In this document: piece after piece, positions 1 through 10,289 of the stretch
Layout: each line of letters begins with the position of its first letter
Numbering within the stretch: the stretch's first letter is position 1
Source of the DNA: an uncultured Nitrososphaerales archaeon
GTDB lineage: Archaea > Thermoproteota > Nitrososphaeria > Nitrososphaerales > Nitrososphaeraceae
Reading direction: 5' to 3'
Length of the DNA stretch: 24,424 bases
NCBI GenBank assembly: GCA_963709405.1
Contig: CAVPXM010000081.1
Coordinates: 1 to 24,424, forward strand
The notes under the pieces: model-generated
Seen by the model: the letters and a program-made list of their open reading frames with translations, nothing else
What the model was told of the DNA's origin: nothing
The model's database searches: none
Position numbers and translations under genes: made by a program

Positions 1-221
1 GATACTATAAGCTATCTCAAAAGGCAAAGGGCCGAGTGCGATTCATGTGATAGTATGAGAGAAATAGAATGATGTGATAGTGGGAATAGGTTTATGTGCA
101 GAGCATGTGAAATTTAAATGCAGACTGTGGATTTGCCTGAAGAATGCAAACGCTTACATAACTATGTAGATAGCGTTCAAGTCACTATTCAGGTAAGATA
201 CTCCAAGGTACAACCAGCCAA

Positions 222-1341
222 TTGACAATATCTGCTTATATTATAAGCAAACACAATATTAAACAAGCCAATATTTCAGAGCCACTAGCAGTTAGAAAAG
301 AGATGGTGGAAAACCCAGAGGAGTCGTTATGGATCCACGCTGATGATCCTGGCAATATTTTTAATTTACAAGACGTTTTTGGTTTACATCCATTAACAGT
401 AGACGCGATAGTTCACAGACATCAACCTTCCAAAATAGAAGAATATGATAGATATCTGTTTACAATTATAGATGGAGTACGATATGAAGAACAAAAAAGG
501 GTCAAAGTAAAAGTGGGAGAAGAAAGTGATAAGGGAAATGATGGCGCCGCTGATAGTAATCTTGAAGAAGATGACCTATACATTTTTTTAGAGCGAAGAT
601 GGATAATTACCATAAATTTCCACGATCAGCAATTTCAGACGAATATTAAACAAAGGATCAGTAAAAGTTTGGTATCATCTCATCTATCTCCATCGGCATT
701 ATCAGAACAACATAAACAACGGTCCTCATCATCCAGCCAAAAAAATGATACCATGGACTACAGTATAGGAATATGTGAAATGGTATATCGCTTTGCGATA
801 GAAGAAGTTATTTCAAGCTATTATCCCGTGATAGACACTATCAATACTCAACTAGAGCAGATTGAAGACTATGTTATACTCGAAAAACCCACAAAGTCAC
901 AACTGTTAGATGGTACTTTTGATTCGAAGAAAACTAAGTTTTCTAGAAAGCAGTCTTGCGATGATAACGCAAGCATTCGCAGACGTTATTAACGGAGTTG
1001 TTCATGCAAAGCTTAGCAACGATTCTATGAGAAACATTCGCTCAATTAATGATAGAGTAGCATATTTAGAAAACAGCGTGGAGAATATGCATCAGAGAGT
1101 TATCAACTTGCGTGAAGCCTACAACTCGTCCTTAAGCGCAAACCTGAATGAAACAATCAGAACGCTTACGGTCATTGCTACAATTATTCTTCCTCTTACC
1201 TTGATAACTGGTATCTATGGTATGAATTTCGATGTCATGCCAGAGCTTCATTCACCATTAGGATACTACTATGTTTTATCATCGATGGGAGCGATAGCAG
1301 GATGCATGCTCATATATTTTAAGAAGAAGAAATGGATTTGA
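222..1341 (+). CDS. corA: CorA-family Mg2+/Co2+ transporter, split by a 1-nt frameshift at ~912
   Basis: ORF 222..992 has the CorA N-terminal motifs (WIH..DP, FGLHPL, PSKIEEYD). ORF 910..1341 has LNETIRTLTVIATIILPLTLITGIYGMNF..MPEL (GMN signature) and two TM helices. Removing one G at 912-913 joins them (LLDVLLIRRKL). Confidence 0.93.
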
Positions 1342-2153
1342 AGCCTAATGTTATTTCGATGGATTGTATTAAAATTTAGTGGATTATTCTGTCGTGCGAG
1401 AAATAAAACTGTACGTCTTGATCTGCCGGTAATTAATGTCTTCATTCTTTGTTCTGCTATCTCTTGTTGATAGAATGTTTCAGCCGGCATTATTGCTAAC
1501 CTTTACTTAATAAACACATGTTCAATGCCTATGCCAACTTTCATTTCCTGATTTGGAAAAAAGATAATACTAATTTGTGACAAATTTATTCGAAGGAGAA
1601 GGTGTGAGCTGATAATAGGAACCAATCGGTCGACTTATCAGTATTATTGGGAAAATATTTGCTTAGGTACTAGTCGATTAGAATCTAGCGCGAACAAACT
1701 ACTCTTATCAGCTCCAGTACTTATAGCTGAAACAGCATCATGAGTTATTTTAGGGGAAGGAATTTCTTGGACTGCCTCTCATACTCTTTTCAGTATAGGA
1801 CGTTCCTTTAGCATAGATTCTGAAATATCCAATAATTTCAAATGTTCCTCACATAGATATTAAGCTAATAGTTCAAGAACATGACAATAACAGAAAGAGA
1901 CGAAGAGGTTGAATCTCCATTATGCTCAAATCTGCAAAATCCCATACAATAATATCTGGTCTAAAAGTAACTACTGCTCCAGAATTTGTTATTATATACT
2001 AGTTGGGTTTTCCATCACCAGCACTATAAAATTCGTTGCCCTAAGCTCTAGCATACCCTCCACCATTATCAATTAGATATGTTACCTTTTTCCAATAGTT
2101 GTTATTCTTAACATATAGGTATGATTCCATTTTTACTGCTCTATTATTATTTA

Positions 2154-3131
2154 GAGCCTATCCCAAAATTATCTTTCTATAGATGATCATAAAACAGGAG
2201 AACTGTACCAGTCCAAGGTAGTTCTCTGCCTTCTTTTCATACCGTGTGAACAGTTTTCTGAACCTGTTGTGCCATGAGTTTGTCCTTTCCACAACCCATC
2301 TTTTTGCAGAATGTTTTTTCCGGTTTAAGGAAGGTTGCGTTTCTGTTTTGACCTCCTCCTCTTCTTCACCTTTCTTTCTTTTTGGGACTAATGTGCAGTA
2401 CATATCGCCCTGCCTGATTAGTTCCTGTTCTTCTTGTGCGGAATTATATGCTTTGTCAAGACATAGATGTTGTAACCTTCTCCTTCTTCCCTTTCTTCTT
2501 GATTTCGGTTTTGATGATGATGACGGCTTTTTAATGACTGAATTATCAACCATATCTGTTACCAGTTTAATGTCATGGGTACTAGCAGATGAAAATGACC
2601 GCCGAAAGCGGTATACCTTCTTTGTCTGTTAAAATGTGTCTTTTTGTGCCCAGTTTGCTCCTGTCCGTGGGATTACTTCCAGTCATCGCCCCCCTAAAGG
2701 CGACTTTATGGATATACTATCGATTGATTGCCATGTCCAGTTGATACCAATGATTCGATCATATATTTTCAGTAATCTGAACCCATGTCTTTTTGAAAAC
2801 ATCCAGTTTATTCCATTCCTGAAACCTTCTATGGCATGTGGAACCCGATCCATACTCTTTGGGTAGCATCTTCCACTGGCACCCAGTTCTAAGGATGTAT
2901 AAAACTCCATCAAGTACCTTTCTGTATCGGTACAATTGGCCGACCCACTGTTTTGAGTGGTTTCTCTCTGGGTAAAATTACTTTAATCTCATCCCACAAT
3001 TCATCTGGAATGGTTATGATGGTGCGATTATCCTTTTTATCATCCTCTTTCTCATTCTTCTTCTGGATACAGGCCATACTTTAGCAAAAGCAACATCGAG
3101 CTATAATCGTATCGAATTTTGGGATAGGCTC
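2154..3131 (-). mobile_element. IS5-family insertion sequence (IS1031-like ends), 978 bp
   Basis: Perfect 17-bp TIRs GAGCCTATCCCAAAATT (2154-2170) and AATTTTGGGATAGGCTC (3115-3131), flanked by a TTA duplication (2151-2153 and 3132-3134). Encloses a DDE transposase. Confidence 0.95.
2158..3077 (-). pseudogene. IS5-family transposase with several frameshifts
   Basis: Pieced across frames: IPDELWDEIKVILP..GRP, LYILRTGCQWKMLPKEYGSGSTCHRRFQEW, SIDSISIKSPLGG, GTKRHILTDKEGIPL, LCLDKAYNS, KRWVVERTNSWHNRFRKL..RYEK. The TAG stop lies inside the TIR. Confidence 0.9.
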
Positions 3132-3262
3132 TTATATTATCTATTACTACTTCCCGCCAAATCCATCTACCAAGAACTGAATTATCAGTAGCTCTGACTT
3201 TATCTTTCTGACATGCATAATCACAGGCAAACCATATTTCTTTTACGCGAGATGCAATACCA

Positions 3263-3664
3263 TTAATCCTTCTCTTCTGTTTTCACAATTGATAAAATCT
3301 TATTCAAAACTACTGGTTCTTGATCTGTTACTTCTCTATCTAATGACACCATAAGAATAGGATAATCTTGATCATCTAGCAAGAGTGTCACTCGTTTTAT
3401 TTTCTCATACAATGTAAATGAATAGATAGGTCTACCAAGCTTTAATTCTACAGCTTTTTGTCCTCTCCTAGTATTCATTCTTATAACTGATTCAATGGTG
3501 GATAACTCCGATTCACTTTCTGTCAACAACGGAACTAAGCCTTTTCTGTATTCAGACACAGCTTTGCTACCAAATTTGTTTGCAATTCCTGCGAATCTAA
3601 TAGAATTATCAGCTTGTAGTATGTGTTTGCAAATGGATGGAAGGTTATTGCTTTTGAGGATCAT
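3263..3664 (-). CDS. Conserved thaumarchaeal hypothetical protein (DUF6659-like)
   Basis: 133-aa ORF with C..IL..D..IRFAGI, YRKGLVPLLT..ES, LGRPIYSFTLYEKIKRVT and ILMVSLD, a pattern I recognise from an expanded AOA paralogue family. Confidence 0.75.
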   Translation of the reverse strand: MILKSNNLPSICKHILQADNSIRFAGIANKFGSKAVSEYRKGLVPLLTESESELSTIESVIRMNTRRGQKAVELKLGRPIYSFTLYEKIKRVTLLLDDQDYPILMVSLDREVTDQEPVVLNKILSIVKTEEKD

Positions 3665-3797
3665 TTTAATATATTTAAGCGTTATAGAATGGAATTGATA
3701 TACATTGGTACAACATGTTTATAATTAGTTTAAATCGCTGCTGATAAATGCTCAACTCTACTTATGTAACATCTTCTATCATATACTTTATAATAAC

Positions 3798-4046
3798 ATG
3801 GGGCATGATTGGCTTCCGTTTAGGCCATTATTCAAGCCTTGGGATGGTAAAATATTGGATTATTCTCAGGATTCCTTTAAAATATTTTCTAAGCCAGTTT
3901 GTACTTTATCTCTTAAGCTATCTCGTGCTTCGCTTAATTCTCACCCTATTTTCTATGGGGTGTGTTCCACTGACCCCTATCTTGGCAAAAAATGTAAATG
4001 TTCTAACAAGGAAAGATCACGTCCAATGATCTCATGGGACTGTTGA
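3798..4046 (+). CDS. Small Cys-containing hypothetical protein
   Basis: 82-aa ORF (GHDW...GVCSTDPYLGKKCKC). Composition is plausible but no family is recognised. Confidence 0.3.
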   Translation: MGHDWLPFRPLFKPWDGKILDYSQDSFKIFSKPVCTLSLKLSRASLNSHPIFYGVCSTDPYLGKKCKCSNKERSRPMISWDC

Positions 4047-4810
4047 AAGTCAAACAAATGTCTGATCTAAACAAGTTGATAAATGATGGTCAAGCATATG
4101 GTAATCTCCATACCCAAGCAAATCGCAATGGAGAAATACGTGGGACAAATATCTACATAGCTCTGCTACGATGATTATAAGAAATATCCTTATTTTTCTT
4201 GGAGTCCATTTCTTAAGTTTGAGTAATAAGGATAGCAAAACATGTCCTCTCATTTCCACTCATCCTGAAGTTATTTTTGTTTTCATTAGAATAGATTGAC
4301 CAATTCGTAGTCTTTATACTCGACGTCCACATGACTGATTGAACGTTGTATTAAGTAGTAATATGTTCCACGTTGTGTGTTGGCTGTGGACGTTGAGAAT
4401 AATAATAATTATAACAATCTATCAGAATATTATGATATATCTTATGTCCCCGAGTAAGATTGTGTATGTGGCATTTTGCCAGACTAAGCCATCATCCTGC
4501 TAAGGGTTACTATGACCAACCAATCCTGCAAATGTTGACTTATTCATATATACAAATATTGTAGCAGAGTGAGGGTACACATATGATACCCGGGACGATA
4601 TTGGTACTAAATTAGACTGCAACGCTAAATTTGAGGTACAAAACCTGTTCGGCTCTGGCGGTATCATTATATCAAACTATAAATTAATTGGGTCCAATTT
4701 GTATCGCATTTCGTTATTAATATAAAATGAATTGGTACGCATTTACATTATGCCGATCTTGGAGCGATAGAAGTGCTTTGAAGCCTATCTGGTCTGGGAG
4801 TAAATCAACT

Positions 4811-5848
4811 TCAGTTTCTATTTGTGATAGGAACAGAGTATTTTGGCATATGGATAATGTAAATTCCACAAAAACCCACTACACCGCCCAGGATAGCAAG
4901 GATTATGTTTACCGGTAAATGGGTAACAATTCCTAACTGCCTAATCATTAACTGTAGAATAACGGTGATAAGGATGCTTGATGAACCAATCGTCGCGGTT
5001 AGCGAAGCACCTATCCGACTCAAACCAGTGGAGTAAGATAATGATCCAACAAATGGAATTAATGAAAACAAGAAGAGGATGACAATAGTGTACGTGAGGA
5101 GAAGATGAATTTGTGATGAGTCAGTTGGCGATGAGATCAACGCTACACTAGTAGAATCGTATATTAAGATTCCGAAGAGCAATATGGTACATAGAAAAAT
5201 GCCCGATAGAAACATAGAGGCTCCAGCTACTTCTATTGAAGAATATCTTGACACGAGTTTACTAAGAAAGAGCACGCCAATTGCAAATCCTAAAGCTGAA
5301 ATCATAGCTTCCGCATCTCCGAAGCCAATTGGTCCTAGGGCTGACATCGCAGTTGTCCTTACAAAGCGCACGCTACCATTAGTGCTGAAATCTGCGTCAC
5401 TTAGTAGAGCCAATATAAATCCTATTAATGCCAAGCTTATTCCAACAATGTGGGTTTTATGAAGTCTCTCTCGTAAAAATAACCTAGCCAACAATACTAT
5501 GACTACTATTTCGAGAGGGCCAGCTATTAGAGATTCTTTTGACGCACCGATCCTGTTAATAGAATCATACCACGTGAAAATTCCAATTGCAAGTGATAAC
5601 GATGCCGGGATAAGAAATCTCCAAGATTCCCCGAAATGCGCAATTATTCTAATTCTCTTCCTAAAGATAAAGGCTGCGGCCAACAACAACAATATGCCAG
5701 CCAAAGTTATGCTAGTAGAAGAAAGTAATATAGGAGAAATTTGAATATAAGAAGTAGTTAAGAATTCTATGATAATGGATTCAATGGATATCGCAGCTGC
5801 GTATACGAAAACTATCCAAGACTTTCGAATCAATAATGCTGTAGGCAA
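4811..5848 (-). CDS. DMT/EamA-family transporter
   Basis: 345 aa with ~10 hydrophobic segments and two EamA-like repeats (WYDSINRIGASKESLI...LFLRERL; YSTGLSRIGASLTATIG). Confidence 0.88.
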   Translation of the reverse strand: MPTALLIRKSWIVFVYAAAISIESIIIEFLTTSYIQISPILLSSTSITLAGILLLLAAAFIFRKRIRIIAHFGESWRFLIPASLSLAIGIFTWYDSINRIGASKESLIAGPLEIVVIVLLARLFLRERLHKTHIVGISLALIGFILALLSDADFSTNGSVRFVRTTAMSALGPIGFGDAEAMISALGFAIGVLFLSKLVSRYSSIEVAGASMFLSGIFLCTILLFGILIYDSTSVALISSPTDSSQIHLLLTYTIVILFLFSLIPFVGSLSYSTGLSRIGASLTATIGSSSILITVILQLMIRQLGIVTHLPVNIILAILGGVVGFCGIYIIHMPKYSVPITNRN

Positions 5849-6093
5849 CTATGAATAATACATATTACATTCAATATAACTCGTAGAGCTATTGTGACGA
5901 ATAATGCTTACACGCAAAAATGGTTCATGATGCGGACATAAATCCTTGTCGTCTCGCAATCAAAACGAATTACGAATTGATTCGTATTCTGTACTCGAGA
6001 TGTTTTTATCCCCATTTTTCAAATGTGCTAATCGTCAATCTCCCAAATTCAAGAACCAAGTCTTTAATATGACTGATAATATTGTATCAATCA

Positions 6094-6402
6094 TTACAAT
6101 ACTTCTATCGACTCTTCGTTAAACCCCTTCTTAACTAATAGTTGCTTGACAATCTCACGATGATCCCCCTGTAGTATAATCTGACCTTCTTTGTAAGTCC
6201 CACCAGTACCTATTTTTGTTTTTAACTCACTTGTTATTGCCACAATCTCAGGGTCCTTTAATTTGCTTGCTATACCGGTAACCACAGTGGAAATCTTCTT
6301 ATATTTGCCCCTAATCTGTTTCGATATCACTATCCTAGTTGTCTCTCTGTCTAACTCGCGTAATATTTCATTCATAGAATTTTCATCGTTTGAATTTGAC
6401 AC
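6094..6402 (-). CDS. sui1: Translation initiation factor SUI1/aIF1 (YciH-like)
   Basis: KKISTVVTGI, LKTKIGTGGTYKEGQIILQGDHR signature. Confidence 0.95.
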   Translation of the reverse strand: MSNSNDENSMNEILRELDRETTRIVISKQIRGKYKKISTVVTGIASKLKDPEIVAITSELKTKIGTGGTYKEGQIILQGDHREIVKQLLVKKGFNEESIEVL

Positions 6403-6961
6403 TATATCTCATTAGGTACTTCCAGTTCAAAAGATTTACGGATGGAACATTTAGAGTCATTTTGAATCATGTCTAAAAGCCTGAAAAAGATCATTTCTGC
6501 CCACTTTAGTCTCGTCTGAAGATGGTTATTGATAGAAAGACTTTCAAGGAATATGGCTACAAAGTTTATTGATTAATACCTTACTTTATTATAATGACGA
6601 TTTGAGTAGCATCTCCACCATGTCCATTACTATTGTGTGTATCTGATGTGATGGAAACCAAGCTATCTACCTAAATCTCGCATGTATCATGTCCCAGATA
6701 GGGGATCCGAGCTGAATTTCATGACTATCACATATCAATAAATGGCTGCAAATAGCCTACCGCTCATCTATGGGGTTCAATGATCCTGTGGCTACATAAG
6801 GTCGTTTCTGCTTTCTAGTCCCAGAACTAGATTAAATTAGTAAACTTCTCCAAATTGCTAAAGTCAATGTACTTGATGGATCAAATAGCTCTAAAAGATT
6901 GGTTATCCTTTAAAGTCCTTTAAAATTGTATTACATATTTTATTGATGAAGTAGTACAATC

Positions 6962-7369
6962 TTAGCTAGCCAATGTCATTTTGATCATGTCTTCTCTAAG
7001 GTTTCTTCTTATTCTATTAAGAGCGCGTTGTACCTCCGCTATCCTCTGCTTAGTACTATTTTCTATAATATCAATGTCTGCTGCGGTATAAACATGGTAG
7101 TACCCTCCTGCTTCTCGTGTTTTTGCTGCTTTATTGCAAAGATTCAAACTCACTAATTTTTGCAATGCTCTGAATACTGTACCCTTATTTCTCCTCACCC
7201 TACTCGCTAGAGTCTCTAAAGTCAATTGTTTATTAGATTTTAACAAAATATTTAAAAGATGTATTTCTGGGGGAGATAAACAATATAGACAAGAAAATAC
7301 ATCCCTGCACGAGCAATCTGCTCTCGTCAGAAGACTAATAGAGGAATATAAAGTCCTTTCTGATACCAT
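6962..7369 (-). CDS. Archaeal winged-HTH regulator (COG3355/TrmB-like) with Cys-rich N-terminus
   Basis: LTLETLASRVRRNKGTVFRALQKLVSLNLC...GGYYHVY HTH plus wing. I prefer the ATG at 7369 over 7438, which would overlap the trxA promoter. Confidence 0.85.
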   Translation of the reverse strand: MVSERTLYSSISLLTRADCSCRDVFSCLYCLSPPEIHLLNILLKSNKQLTLETLASRVRRNKGTVFRALQKLVSLNLCNKAAKTREAGGYYHVYTAADIDIIENSTKQRIAEVQRALNRIRRNLREDMIKMTLAS

Positions 7370-7414
7370 ATGAGTTTCCTTGAATTTATTACTGACATCA
7401 ATATTATTAAGGTT

Positions 7415-7456
7415 TTGTACAACGCCTGCAAAAGCCATAATATTTAATAGTGGCTT
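7415..7456. promoter_or_regulatory. Divergent promoter region with candidate operators
   Basis: TATA-like TATTTAAT (7441-7448) sits ~28-35 nt before the trxA ATG and is bracketed by the dyad AAGCCA (7432-7437) / TGGCTT (7451-7456). Palindrome TTGTACAA at 7415-7422. Confidence 0.45.
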
Positions 7457-7475
7457 AAGCGAAAGAGTATAAGCG

Positions 7476-7907
7476 ATGCAAAACTGGGATGATGAATTGA
7501 ATCAGATTATGGCGAAAAAAATGAAAGACCTAGCAAAACAGGGTGTTAGTAATAGCTTTTCTGATAACGGTAACGTAGTAATGGGCGCAGGTCCAGTTAC
7601 GCTAAACGATAGCAACTTTGAAGATATGGTCAAAAGAAATCATTTGATTGTAGTTGATTTTTGGGCTCCTTGGTGCGGACCATGTCGAGCAGTCTCCCCA
7701 GTAATTGAACAACTTTCAAATGAGTTGACTGGTAAAGTACTATTTGGGAAGTTAAATGTAGATGAAAGCCCAGTCGTTTCAAGCACATTTGGTATTCAAA
7801 GCATCCCTACGATTGCTATATTTAAAAATGGGAAAATGGTAGATGGCTTCGTGGGGGCAGCTTCAAAATCACAGATATTGTCAAAAATATCGACATATGT
7901 AGATTGA
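7476..7907 (+). CDS. trxA: Thioredoxin
   Basis: VVDFWAPWCGPC active site and GIQSIPT cis-Pro loop, with an archaeal-type N-terminal extension (DDELNQIMAKKMKDL). Confidence 0.97.
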   Translation: MQNWDDELNQIMAKKMKDLAKQGVSNSFSDNGNVVMGAGPVTLNDSNFEDMVKRNHLIVVDFWAPWCGPCRAVSPVIEQLSNELTGKVLFGKLNVDESPVVSSTFGIQSIPTIAIFKNGKMVDGFVGAASKSQILSKISTYVD

Positions 7908-8124
7908 TATGCTGATTAGTCCTTGTAGACCGTTCCCATATAGATCAGCAACTTAATGTTTTCTAATAAAAGAATTTGATGCATCTGACTAAAGCGGATT
8001 ATCAGCTGTGCAGTAGGATATCCATATTCAAATTTCTTCGACTTATTAAAGACAGTCTAACAGGTTGACACGAAGTGTGAAAATATTGTAGCTTCTGTAG
8101 ATTCATGAAATTTATTCGTCATTA

Positions 8125-9819
8125 TTACGCTATACACGTGAAATGTCCTATCGAGGGTACATCATTTTGCGATAATAGAAAAAGCATATAGTAGCCTGGC
8201 GGGATTACGTTTCTATTGAAAGAAACCTTTGAGGATATAAGATTAGAATTCTTTCTTGTGAACTCTAACCCAACATACCTTTGTTCTGTATTCACACAAT
8301 GAGTAGTAACACTAGGCCGCATGAGAGCCACTGATTTAATATCGCCAGTATCAGTAGTTTCGATTTCAAACTCATTTCCATATAGAATCGTCTTAGGAAA
8401 TTTTGAAATCGTAGGCCTCTTCCCCTTGAAAAGATACGGAGGACGATATATTTCAATCCTCAGCTCATTTATTCTCCTATCAGGATTACTTCCAGAAGCC
8501 ATTACCCTACCATCTGGGAGCAATATTGCATTAGCATGATACAATCTGTCGACCTTCATGGATGCCATCGGATGCCATTTTTTAGTTGTCAAATCGTAAA
8601 GCTCTAGTTCTAAAACTGCGTGAGGATCATGAGATATAGCTCCCTGCGTAAGTAAATTAGTTGATGACTCTTTACTTAGATTCATCTTGCTATTTTTCAT
8701 CATATGCCCTTTCGTTCCTGTTTTTCCGCCTAGCACCAGGACAGTTTGGTCGGGCAGAAGGACAGCGTATGCGTAGTATCTAGCATGTTTCATTGGCTTA
8801 ATTGATTTATATCTGGGATGTCTGTCCGAAAAATCAATCATTTCGACATCGTTTATTGCATCTGTTCCAGGTTGAGTTCCTCCCCCTATCAATAGTACCC
8901 GGCCAACATAATCCGGTGGCAATAATGGAAGTAAAACTGAGGTTCCCTCTTCTCTTTTTATATTATTGGGGTTTCCGATTGTCGTCCACTTGTTGGTACG
9001 AATATTGTATATCGCACTGGGAAACGAGCGGAGCGAAAAGGGGAAGGTATAATGGGTGTTATATGACCCAGCATAAAAGATATCCCCGGTGGGAAGTAGG
9101 TGAAGCCTGGGGTACATAGGGACCCAGTGGTTTCCCCCTACAACATTATGCCATTCACCAGCAGCGTCATCAGAGGTATAAACCTCAAGCTTATTAAGAA
9201 ACGCCCAAGGGAAGTTTTTTGATAGCCCTGCCATGGCCAGAACCCTACCATCTGGTAGTGATATACACGTAGGATACCATCTGCCATTTTTCATACTGGC
9301 ACACTTATTCCATCTTAACTTCAATGGGTCAAAAATGTATGAATGATCAAGACCACTAAATGGTGGAACGGGTAGTCCTAAAAACTTACCGTCATATTTG
9401 TAGGTACCTCCAGCTATCATTAACCGGCCATCTGGTAAAAATGCATGTCCAGAACAGAAAATGTCACCGTCAACTTCAGTCGGGATTTCATAAACTCTGC
9501 CATTAGGGGTATCGGATTTTTTATTCCCTTCATGGGAATGTTCTTCAAAATTATCAGCACGTGCCCTCTCATTTGTCTCCTGCAGTAGCATATCGGGCTC
9601 AAATATCTCTGCAGAATATGGTGAGGTCAAACGGGTTTCATCATTACCGGATCCCCCGAATGCTAATACCTTGCCTGTATGAAGTAGAGCAACATGAACA
9701 GGTAAATGTCTAAACTGATATTTGACTGGCTCCCATATACCTTTCTGAACTGGGTCATCCTCGATTATTAATTGATCGATATCATCAATATCATCCTTTT
9801 CCATTTTTATTTCAACCAT
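8125..9819 (-). CDS. Galactose/glyoxal oxidase-like copper-radical oxidase (AA5; Kelch propeller + DUF1929-type C-terminal domain)
   Basis: DIFCSGHAFLPDGR (Cys), RWYPT, PMYPRLHL (Tyr), RLYHANAILLPDGRV (Tyr-His), SVTTHCVN.EQR (His), PPGYYMLF. Confidence 0.93.
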   Translation of the reverse strand: MVEIKMEKDDIDDIDQLIIEDDPVQKGIWEPVKYQFRHLPVHVALLHTGKVLAFGGSGNDETRLTSPYSAEIFEPDMLLQETNERARADNFEEHSHEGNKKSDTPNGRVYEIPTEVDGDIFCSGHAFLPDGRLMIAGGTYKYDGKFLGLPVPPFSGLDHSYIFDPLKLRWNKCASMKNGRWYPTCISLPDGRVLAMAGLSKNFPWAFLNKLEVYTSDDAAGEWHNVVGGNHWVPMYPRLHLLPTGDIFYAGSYNTHYTFPFSLRSFPSAIYNIRTNKWTTIGNPNNIKREEGTSVLLPLLPPDYVGRVLLIGGGTQPGTDAINDVEMIDFSDRHPRYKSIKPMKHARYYAYAVLLPDQTVLVLGGKTGTKGHMMKNSKMNLSKESSTNLLTQGAISHDPHAVLELELYDLTTKKWHPMASMKVDRLYHANAILLPDGRVMASGSNPDRRINELRIEIYRPPYLFKGKRPTISKFPKTILYGNEFEIETTDTGDIKSVALMRPSVTTHCVNTEQRYVGLEFTRKNSNLISSKVSFNRNVIPPGYYMLFLLSQNDVPSIGHFTCIA

Positions 9820-10289
9820 ACATAAGCCAGCGGATCTATTTAGAATATATGCTGAAAAGATCCTAACGTCTCCATTCTATTGCTCTCACTCTCTACACCA
9901 GTAGAGAAATTTTGTCGTTTTTCATACTGCTTTCTTTCAAGGTGATATCCTTTGCGTTACCATCAATCGGAGAATCTAGCCTCACAGTAAAAGATTGTTG
10001 TTAAGACTACAAATCTACAAATCACAGCAACTCGACAGGTAATGAACTATTTCCTTCACTTTGGGTCGATAATAAGTTTTTGGGACCTCCTTGTCTGTTA
10101 CGAATTACAAAAGCTAATATCCTAAAATACCCTCAAAATAAGAGAGATAACATTTCAAGTAAACTAGGTCGAATAGTTCGTAGAAGAATTTTGCGAAGAA
10201 TCATGAATCGTTATACTGGTCTATGGTTTTGAATTCCACTTTAATGTTTAAATCTATGGAAGAGTATTTCCCACAGTAATATACTACTA

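Larger units (their letters stand above)
1873..3262 (-). pseudogene. C-terminal remnant of a thaumarchaeal hypothetical protein, interrupted by the IS5 element
   Basis: Removing the IS and one TTA gives a continuous frame: NGIASRVKEIWFACDY...LGRWIWREVVIDNI|NNNRAVKMESYLYVKNNNYWKKVTYLIDNGGGYARA*GNEFYSAGDGKPN*YIITNSGAVVTFRPDIIVWDFADLSIMEIQP. Internal TAGs lie at 2041-2043 and 1999-2001. The family resemblance is from memory. Confidence 0.65.

Noticed and set aside
1342-1870. Protein-like fragments on the minus strand (e.g. EIPSPKITHDAV, ORF 1269..1490)
   Set aside because: Interrupted by stops, no recognisable family, and the ORF overlaps the corA end.
2246-2866. Plus-strand ORFs 2246..2632 and 2636..2866
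   Set aside because: Antisense to the IS transposase.
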